A stretch of 62,986 nucleotides of DNA, counting the filler, from Intoshia linei (taxonomy: Eukaryota; Animalia; Orthonectida), in NCBI GenBank assembly GCA_001642005.1. It is 6 parts of 6 records of this genome, joined end to end, with 100 filler letters (N's around TTAATTAATTAA, not from the genome) between each part and the next. Parts side by side here need not be neighbours in the genome. Positions count along the whole stretch, not along the records: positions 42,381 to 54,779 come from LWCA01001086.1; positions 54,880 to 61,715 come from LWCA01001633.1; positions 61,816 to 62,986 come from LWCA01002749.1; 3 more parts are not named here. One strand, 5' to 3'. The position numbers and the translations under genes are program-made. Below are positions 53,177-62,986 of the stretch, one piece after another. The notes below the pieces were generated by a model that had not been told where the DNA came from, did not search any database, and saw only the letters and a program-made list of their open reading frames with translations. The stretch's first letter is position 1. Every line of letters begins with the position of its first letter.

Positions 53177-54779
53177 GTATAATACGTTTTTTTCTCGTTT
53201 ATAGCTCATTTCCGTCACAATTAGCATGTTATTTACTTATTTGCACAAATAATATAAATTTTAAAAAATATACTTGTAAAAATCGTATTATAAAAAAAAA
53301 TTAATGTATACGTTTTTTCTCGTATATAGTTTATTTCCGTCACAATTAACATGTTATTTACACATTTGCACAAATAATACAAATTTAAAAAAATATATCA
53401 CTAAAAATCAATGTATAATACGTTTTTTCTTGTTTTTAGCTTAATTTCGTCACAATTAGCATATTATTTAATTATTTGCACCAATAATAACGATTTTACA
53501 CAATATATTTGTAAAAATCGTATTATAAGAAAAAATTGATGTATACGCTTTTAGTGTTTATAGCTCAATTCCGTCACAATTAATATGTTATATACTCAAT
53601 TGCACGATTAAATAAGATTTTAAAAAATATACTTGTAAAAATCGTATTTTAAAAAATAATTGATGTATCATACGTTTTTTCTAGTTTTTAGCTTGATTCC
53701 GTCACAATTAGAACGTTATTTACGTATATGCAAAAATAATAAATATTTAAAAAAATATAACTGTAAAAATCGTATTTTCAAAAGTAATTCATGTATCATA
53801 CGTTTTTTATCGTTTGCAGCTCAAATCGGTCTTAATTAAACCGTTATTTACTCATTTGCACAAATAATAATTTTAATAAATATATATGTAAAAATCGTAT
53901 TTTAAAAAATAATTCATGTATAATACGTTTTTTTTGTTTATAGCTCATTTTCGTAACAATTAGCATGTTATTTACTTATTTGCACAAATAATAAATATTT
54001 TAAAAAATATACTTGTCAAAATCGTATTTTAAAATGTAATTTATGTAATATACGTTTTTTTTGTTTTAAGTTATAATCCGTAACAATTAACATGTTATTT
54101 ACTTATTTACACAATTACATCACATTTCACATAAAATAAATTTAAAAAACGTAATTCATCATAAAATTGATGTATAAAACGTTGTTTGTCGTTTTCAGCT
54201 TAAATCCGTCACAATTAGATGTTATTTAGTCATATACTCAATTATTTAACATTTTACATATTATAAATAGAAAAAACGTATTTTATAATCAAATTATTGT
54301 ATAATACGTTTTTTGGCGTTTTAGGCTTAATTCTGTAACAATTAGCATGTTATTTAGTTATACACTCGATTATTTAACATTTTACATAATATAAATATCA
54401 ACAACGTATTTTATAATAAAATTATTGTATAATACGTTTTTAGTCGTTTTAGGCTTAATTCCATAACAATTAGCATGTTATTTAGTCAGATACTCGATTA
54501 TTTAACATTTTACATAATATAAATATAAACAACGTATTTTATGATAAAATTATTGTATAATACGTTGTTTGTCGTTTTCAGCTTATTCTGTTACAAATAA
54601 CATGTTAATTAGTCATATACTCGATTGTTTAACATTTTACATAATATAAATTTAAAAAATGTATTTTATAATAAAATTGATGTATCATACGTTGTTTGTC
54701 GTTTTCAGCTTAATTCTGTAACAAGTAGCATGTTATTTAGTCATATACTCGATTATTTAACATTTTACGTAATATAAAT
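53177..54779. repeat. Satellite array, about 127-bp unit, at least 12 copies, running into a gap
   Basis: TGTATAATACGTTTTT..CGTCACAATTAGCATGTTATTTA..AAAATCGTATT recurs every 126-128 bp, with one shorter unit. Confidence 0.95.
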
Positions 54780-56221
54780 NNNNNNNNNNNNNNNNNNNNN
54801 NNNNNNNNNNNNNNNNNNNNNNNTTAATTAATTAANNNNNNNNNNNNNNNNNNNNNNNNNNNNNNNNNNNNNNNNNNNNAAACTGGCAAATTTTGATACA
54901 CCCTAATGATATATTGTTATATAATATATGTTTTTAATTATTAATGTTAGATTTATATATTTGGATTTTTATTTATTTTTCAATCTAATTTATATTATCA
55001 AAGAAATTTATTACATTGTTATTAACTTTTTTTGCATTTTTCCAACATTAAATTAATTCAACTTTCAAATTAATTATTAATTATCCTTTGAGCAGTGGCA
55101 ATTAAAAAAATGAGTTTGAATAAATTCATAATTCGCTGAAAACCTTTTTTAATTACAATTGTAAGTTATGACTCACAATGCACATCACAATAATTAAATT
55201 ATTTAGTTGTGTAAAGTTACATTCGATGGATATTTACCTTTATCAACGATATTATATCTATTTGGAATGCTTATAATTATTTTAATCTACATACCTTTAA
55301 AAAGACTTCAATCTTTACCGACTAAAGAATGGTCTCCAAGATTAATTAAAATTATTCAACGAAATTAATGTATTGTTTACATAAAAATTTAATATAAAGA
55401 TTTACATGTTACATTATTTATCTATTTTACTTGTATTTCACTATAAATACGATACATAATATATGATGTGCGACGTAGTCATTAATACTTTTTATATTCT
55501 TCATTTCTAATTTAATTTAATAAAGGTCCCCAAAAAATATATTTTGATTGGGGATCCGTACACTATTTGAATCGGGAACCACTAATATACAGTAAACGTT
55601 ATCAAAAAATAATTTTCATTCACGATAGCCATAAAACTCACATTTCCATTTTTAACCGTTTTTAGATCCAAACCCTTTGAAACAAGTACTAAAAGTCACA
55701 TCCTTACTGCACATTCTATGTTTTTTACAAAATCGTTATTAGATTTTGCTATAATACAATTGAAAAAACTAAATTCAGCTAAATGTAATACTATTTCTAA
55801 ATCCCTAATAAAACAAAGTATATTTTCATTAAAACAAATAAGCTGTACAAAATACTTATATTTACACAATTTAAATTTAAATATGCTATAATATTACATT
55901 ATAAATTTAACACTATAAAGTTTTATCATATATTTTAAATCACTGTAATTTTTATATTTAAACCGCAGCAATTACCCCACATCGACACATCTTTATGTAT
56001 ATACATTCAAATATGATACCTTTAAAACATGTGAGGATGAGTATGGTAGTTTATTAAAAGTAGTTAAAATGTAACCAGCTTTATTGTGTATATGTGCATA
56101 TATTTTTGACCACCATTTCCTACCCATGCACTACCCACCTCACAATTTATCTCTATTTTAGTTGACATACATGTTTTAATTTAAATCATACATATAATTA
56201 TAAAATAATGTCATATTTAGT

Positions 56222-59200
56222 ATGATAGAAAATTTGTATGCGGATATACCATTCATTTCAGTAAGAAAAGTCAAAAAAAAAAAATACAAAAACTATGGTG
56301 CATTTATTCAACTGGCCATTTTTTACACAATTATTAATATACCAATCGGATTATATAAATCTTTTTCAATATTTTTACAACGAAAAAATGTGTCACTGTC
56401 ATATTTGAGTGCATTCAATGCCGCAACATTTCCAGCTAGTATCGCCATTTTGTGGGCACCGATTGTAGACGGAATATCACTATGTCATATAAATAGAAGG
56501 AAGTTGTAAGTTAAAAATTTAATATTTTATTTAATTATATATAACTAATTGACTGTTATGTACTACGTACAAACAGCATCTAGCTTTGCCGAAGGCATAT
56601 TTTTATTCTATCAAAAAAATTAATTCAATAAGAAAATCTAACTTAAAAATGTTATCATTCACTATTATCAATCCTATATTTTTTTAATTTATAAGACAGA
56701 ATGTGTGTATAATATTAAAAATCAAGTAAAAACAGTACAATCCTAAAAATTTTCATAAATAACATAAATTCCAGAAAAAATAAAATTGTGAAAACCTATT
56801 TTGTTATTTTCAATGTGATAATATATATTCAGTATATGCTTTCGATGAGTAAAAAATATCAATTTTCTATCAATAATTAACGGAATCAGCACTTTACATT
56901 ATTACAAAGCATTGTAATAAATATAAAAATGATAATAACAAAGTTGTATTAATTTTAGTAATACGTTGTTATAATTTTAATATAAATTTTAAACAAAATG
57001 TTTTGAAAATGAGAATTTCAGAATGAAAAATATTGGTTGATAATATATTAAAAATTAATTTTCACCAGGAATGCGTAGATTTCTGAGTTGAAATTTTGTA
57101 TTTATATTAACTGGAATAAGCTCTATCAGAATAATTTTTTTTTTTAATTTTCGGACCATTAATTATTTCACATTTTTTGTTTTAATAAAATATTTCGAAA
57201 AAAAAATATACATACTGAAATACTTTTTTAACCATGAAGTCGTCACTTATTTGGATTGAAATTTTCTGTGTGTGTTAACAGGATACAACTGTAGGACCTG
57301 TATTTTTTTTTAAATTCTAGGGCTGTTTTAATTAAAAAAATAAGGGTAATTTGTGGTTTTGGTCCTGAAGATATAATTTTTTTAAATTTAAATTTATGAT
57401 AATGTTTATGATTTTAAAATCCGTATCAGCGTATATATTTTTTTAAATTCTCGAACTCGTTTGATTTTCAAAAAAAAGACAATTGGGATATATATTTTTT
57501 TAAATTCTCCAACTCGTTTGATTTTCAAAAAGAGGGACAATTTTTAAATTCTCCAACTCGTTTGATTTTCAAAAAGAAGGACAATTGGGGTTTTTAACCC
57601 GTAAGATTTGTGAGTTTGAGAGGTTTAAATTTATCTTGTTATATGTCCCGGAAAAAACTGCAATTGAAATGTGGACTTTATAAAATTCTAAGACGTGTGG
57701 TTATTGAAATAAACGATAACATAAACACACAGACAGACAAACAAAGTAATTTATACAAGTAAGGATTTCCAGTAGACATTGTCTACAATTCAATCTTTCA
57801 AAATGTATTTTGATGATAAAAATTAAATTAAATTAAAAATTTTTATTTGCATATTATTATGAGAAGCGCTTACGTAATCACTACAAAATGACTATGATTA
57901 TTATATAAAAAACTGGTTTTGGACGATAATCCATTTCTGTTCTATAATATAGTGGTGCTGTTAATCTGTCGCTACTGTCTATATAATATTATATTATTAA
58001 AATATTTTGTACACTTTGTGTTCAAATTGAATGATAATTTAGTTGGTCATTGGTATCCCAATATGGACTTTGCATTTCGCTCATTATGTTAGCCTATTCT
58101 TTAAATTCTACAATGGGAACAGATGATTCTGCCTACAATGGAAATTTTTATTTATTAATGTCTATGTTTGTGTTGATTATTACAATGTCATCTACGTTAG
58201 ATGTAAATGTTGATGGATGGTCTCTAACTATGATACCTCAGTAAGTAAAATTAAATATTTATAAAAAAAGTCATTTATAAATTAAATATAGTGAAAAACT
58301 AAAGATTGCGGCAATATGTAATTATATTGGAACCGCAATAGGACCATTTTTATCATTAGAATTGTTAATAATCATAACTTCTAAAACTTTTCATGATCAT
58401 ATAAAAGAATATATAAATTTGGATGAAAATACACAGTATCATCTGCCAATTTTATTAAAATGTATGCTAGTACCTTAGATTTACAATAAGAAGTCTACAA
58501 ATATTTTTAGATTACTTGTTAATATTATCTGCTTGTATATTTATTTTCACAACTTGTCTAATATTTAAAAAGAGTGACAATACTCACAAAAAAATATCAA
58601 TCAGAACTGTTTATGTGGAATTTTTTAATCTCATAAAGCATAAACCTGTCATTAAATATGTTTTAATATTAATTACATCTAAAGTAATTATGATTATTAT
58701 TATCAGTTATTAATTATATACATTTTACAGTAATATAATTATAATGCTTGTAGATTGGATATATAGCAACCGAACATGTTGCTTATCTGAGATTGATACA
58801 ATGTGGACTTGATATGGACATAAACGCATTGATAACAACACCGATACTATTGTTAAAATTGATTATATCACCATTCGTAAATTGGTACGTAGCTAAACCA
58901 GAATCAAAACCATTACAAATATTTTACAAAACAGTCATATTCCGAACATTTGCAGCCCTAATAATAGCCTATATTGTACAATACATGTGCTATGAATTAA
59001 TTCAACTCAAGAATGAGATATTGATCATGGATTATCAAAATGTAACATTGTTGTATTCACAAGATAATGTCAATTCGTTCAATCATATTGAATTTAAACC
59101 ACCCGTTTACACATACATTGCAATATTTGTTATTACGTTGATTATTAGTATATTTGAAATGTTTACATTTTTGCCATTCATCTCTTTTAATTTACAAATT

Positions 59201-59528
59201 TCTGATCCATACATTGGGGGAAGTTCAATGACGTTGTTTTACATGTCTTACAATATTGCAAATACTCTCACCATATCTTTAGCCATGTATATAATGAGTT
59301 TTGCCACGAGACATGTTGAATTAAATTTTGTAATTGATTATTTTATCATTTTATATTATATTTATCTAGGAAAAAATAAAACATGTATACATTTTACGAG
59401 ACGGTTATCTGGCTGTGTCATTTCTTTTATTTTGCTTTGGGTTGATAATAATGTTAATTGTTAGAAGAACTATTAGCGACATGTCAAAATACCCATTAAA
59501 ATATTGGAATCCCAAATTTAATAAATAA
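56222..59528 (+). CDS. SLC33A1: Acetyl-CoA transporter 1-like (SLC33A1/AT-1, MFS AmpG family)
   Basis: Exons 56222-56505, 58043-58240, 58292-58461, 58511-58683, 58754-59329, 59370-59528. Motifs IPIGL, PASIAILWAPIVD, RRKFW..QY, DVNVDGWSLTM, LITSKIG, ISDPYIGGSSMTL and DGY. Confidence 0.9.
56545..57765 (-). mobile_element. Near full-length non-autonomous Helitron in SLC33A1 intron 1
   Basis: A|TCCTTACTTGTATAAAT, a TGTC microsatellite, and the 3' hairpin CTGTT-TGTAC-GTA-GTACA-T-AACAG followed by TCAATTAG|T. No TSD; inserted between A and T. Confidence 0.85.
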
Positions 59529-60184
59529 TTACCTATGTTGATGTTTGGATGTGTCAAAATGAGATTTGATAACTACCCATCAAGTTTACGCCATTACAGC
59601 TGGATTTTCAAATTTTAACTAAACTATTTTTTTCACAATGAATTACATGTATTTGGTAACTTTTCGAAAATCATGATATTGCCATTTATAAAATTAAGCT
59701 AGTAAAATTGAAGCTTTTGTGATATTCAAATTAATTTATATTATCTACATCAGGTGTTCTCAACCATTTTTTTCTGTGGATAATTATTGATTACTGATTA
59801 TTATCTACGAGGGTACAGTGATATCTCTATATAGTCACGTTCGATTGCTTAAATTTTAGTTTATTTAGAAACAATTTTAAACCAAAAATATTTTTTGCAA
59901 TCATAGATATGTAATTTTGGCTTTACGTTTAACTCCAAATAAACTAAAAATGAAAAAATCGAACGTGACTACATTGAGATATCACTGTATTGAAAAATGT
60001 GATCCACAAAAAAATTATATACATTGCATCCATTCTTATATAAAATGTAATGTGTGTGTGTTACAGTTTATTTAAAAAACCAACTTGCTAATACAGTTTT
60101 TCAAGAGTGATACAGCATTAAAAATTTCATCTTCCGCAATTGAGTTCTTCAGGGTCAAAAAACCAATTTTATTTTTTTTAAAAT

Positions 60185-60495
60185 AAAATCAACCCTAAAA
60201 TTTAAAAAAAATACAGGTCGTATAGTTGTATCCTGTTAACACACAAAAAATTTCAATCCGAATAAGTGACGACTTCACTGTCAAAAAAACATTTTAGTAT
60301 TCATATATTTTTTTTTCGAAATATTTTATTAAAACAAAAAATGTGAATAATTTACTGGTCCGGAAATTAACAAAAGAGATTATTCTGATAGAGCTTATTC
60401 CAGTTGATATAAACACAAAATTTCAACCCCAGAAATCTACGCATTCCCGGTGAAAAATAATTTTTAATATATTATCAACCAATATTTTTCAAATA
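60185..60495 (+). mobile_element. Helitron internal fragment
   Basis: Near-identical to the reverse complement of 57030-57330. Confidence 0.8.
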
Positions 60496-60715
60496 TTTAT
60501 GATCTTGATATGTTTGAGTTGATCTTAAAAACAATCAAATTTAGTTACTCTAAAAAATTGTTATAAAAAATATGAATGTCAGAAAATTGTAAATACCAAT
60601 ATTTTATAGTGCTTTCTTCTATCATTTACTTCGGGTGAAGCAGTGGTTCCCAAACCTATTTCACCATGTACCGCTCAATTTACATCAAATTATAAAATAC
60701 TAGGTAAAATAAAAG

Positions 60716-60897
60716 ACTGTTATGTACTACGTGCAAACAGATCCTAGCTCTGCCGATAGCACATTTTTATTCTACCAAAAATAAATTCACGTTGAAAATC
60801 TAACTTAAAAATCTTACTATTCACTATTATCAATCCTTTAAAGAAGTGGTACCAAACTTGATTCGGTGTAACCGTAATATCACATTACTTTTTACTT
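60716..60897 (-). mobile_element. Helitron 3' fragment
   Basis: GACTGTTATGTACTACGTGCAAACAG..TATCACATTACTTTTTACT. Confidence 0.78.
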
Positions 60898-60902
60898 TAA
60901 AG

Positions 60903-61229
60903 CAGTGTTTCCCAAACTTTTTTATGCTATGCCCCACTTTTACTCTTAAAAAAATCTTAGGCCCACTGAAAAAAAAATTCGAACGAATCATCTAATAAAA
61001 TAATGATAAAACCAATAATAATGTATTTATTTTTTAGAATTAATGAGACGATTGAGCCTGACGAATCTGACAGAGTTTATTAATATTAGGTACTAATGTT
61101 GTAAGCTTGAATCGTAGATCTCCCATTTTTGAAATCTGTAGTCTATTTCTATTTTTTGTCAGTAAGTCTAAAATTGCACTAAACCCGCATTCTGTTAAAT
61201 AAGAAAATGGAAATGCCAACAAAGCAATC
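60903..61229 (-). mobile_element. Buster/Charlie hAT 3' end
   Basis: LLAFPFSYLTECGFSA..KNRNRLQISKMGDLRFKLT..QAQSSH and TIR CAGTGTTTCCCAAAC. Confidence 0.88.
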
Positions 61230-61715
61230 CTAGCAAAAGTAGTTAAAGTCGGATAATTTATGAAAGCTTCTTTGGTAAGCAGAGTTGCCAGAAAATAAAC
61301 TCAGTTTCTCGCAAATTAGATTAAAGATCTTGATACATTTATTTGTTGAGGAAAAGTTCAAATTGAAGACTTCAAAATTAACAATAAGTCTTATGATTTT
61401 AAAAATAAAAAATTTAATAAAACCAACAGAATCCTTATAATGGTATATTGAAACCCAAAATTCAAGAGACTTAGATAATATGGAATTATTAAAATATTCA
61501 TTAAAGTCTGTTAAATTAAATATTCTCCATTCATCCTGAACATCTTGAGGATTTTCTGCCAACTCTATAGGAAAATTATCAAAACGACTATTTTCCATTA
61601 ATATATTTAACCTTTTTTAAAACCTCAATGTTGATATTTGTTCTTTTTATCCGTTCCGTAAAACATTTAATCAAAAACTTTTCATCAGACACAAAAGCAT
61701 CATTTTTATCTGATT
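61230..61715 (-). mobile_element. Second hAT-like transposase C-terminal relic
   Basis: VQDEWRIF..SLEFWVSIYHYKDSVG..LSLFSGNSAYQRSF resembles the hAT dimerisation region. Confidence 0.55.
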
Positions 61716-62391
61716 NNNNNNNNNNNNNNNNNNNNNNNNNNNNNNNNNNNNNNNNNNNNTTAATTAATTAANNNNNNNNNNNNNNNNNNNNNNNNNNNNN
61801 NNNNNNNNNNNNNNNATCGTACATTCACGTCAATTATGCTCGACATGACGATTCTCTGTATGCTCCAGATAAAAGCTCCAGCTAAAATGAAAAACACACA
61901 GTTTCACATTCCGAGCAATCATAAAACATTTTTATTAAAACGAACAGATGTCAATTATTATTGAATAAAATAGCATTTTGCTAACTTTACTCGCTTTTTT
62001 CTACTCTAATCATAATCTATTATTTTTTTCTTTAGTTAACCCAAAGTAAATAGTTATTTCAGATAATTATCGATTTTTTAGACCTTATTTCCTGCATTAA
62101 AGTCCACACAATAGATAATTTTTCTGGATTATTAACCATAAAAAATGTTTTCAATTTTTTTTCATCAAAATTGTTAACAGGAGAGAGTTCTGAATCATAA
62201 AATTAAGAAAAGATTGAGTTTTCTTCATAAATTTATTGTTTTTTGTTTAAATTTTCGTTGTTCATATTGTAGGAATGAAAAATTTAAAAATGTACGTTTT
62301 GTATAAAAAGTGTATAGTATCAATTAGAATTTCACTTTAATTATAAAAAATCATTTTGATTTACTCAAAATTATTTTTTGTTGTGCATTCT

Positions 62392-62437
62392 TAGAGAAGT
62401 TCACTTTACAGAGAGTTCACATTATAGAGTTTGACTG
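62392..62437 (-). mobile_element. pogo/Tigger-type TIR
   Basis: TA|CAGTCAAACTCTATAATGTGAACTCTCTGTAAAGTGAACT on the minus strand. Confidence 0.5.
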
Positions 62438-62986
62438 TATAAGTATAGTATATACTTTTTGAAATGCTCAATTTGAAAAAATCAGGCCACAATTTTACAA
62501 AAATTTAGAGGCCCGAAGAGTATTTAGAAATATGATAGATTCGCTTTTGAAGTAGGGAAACTGGGTTATATAGTTTTTTAAATCAAACAATTACCAGAGT
62601 TTTTAGTCAAACAATTAACTGTTTGTAAAGACTGCTGTAAAACATTGTATTAATTCGTAAATTTTTCAATACTCTAGGAAGAATTATAATAATTTAAAAT
62701 TATATTAATCTCAATAAAAACAAGGTTTTTTTAAAGTTGATAAAAATTGACGTTTTTCAAGTTTTTCTAAATATTAGTTTTTTAGTTATAATTTTGACTA
62801 AAATGTTTGTGATTTTAAAATCTTATCAGATTGTACATTTTTTATAATTTTAATACTCGTTTGAATTTAAAAAAAAAAAAATATAAGTTATCAATAAAAA
62901 TTCGATGAATGGTCAATGGAATGATTAATTTCTGAAAATTTGCGATAAAACCTAATACTCGAAAAATTGTATTAGATGGAACTGTA

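Noticed and set aside
53177-54779. CRISPR-like periodicity
   Set aside because: Whole units repeat without unique spacers, there are no cas genes, and the context is eukaryotic.

Overview
Very AT-rich eukaryotic (animal) genomic scaffold with many tiny GT-AG introns (about 33-50 nt) and five padded gaps (N-TTAATTAATTAA-N). This architecture resembles the orthonectid Intoshia linei, but that is inference only. Five spliced host genes were reconstructed by hand. (1) A caspase-3/7-like gene (8463-9117, +), truncated, with an apparent 15-nt intron. (2) An ApeC (apextrin C-terminal) domain type-I membrane protein with an ITIM-like tail (12775-13847, -). (3) A complete 9-exon TRIM9/TRIM67-like E3 ligase (16925-27397, -, 743 aa). 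(4) A DCC1/DSCC1 cohesion factor (about 44318-53019, -). (5) An SLC33A1-like acetyl-CoA transporter (56222-59528, +). The rest is dense in decayed transposons: Ty3/gypsy fragments with very short LTRs (108 bp and a candidate 86 bp), several hAT lineages (Ac-like, Buster/SPIN, Tip100, DUF659) and their MITEs with 8-bp target site duplications, pogo/Tigger relics (one with three spliceable introns), piggyBac-type ends, an abundant non-autonomous Helitron family, and 127-bp and 221-bp tandem repeats. No rRNA, tRNA or CRISPR array is supported. Family assignments come from motif recognition, not from database searches.
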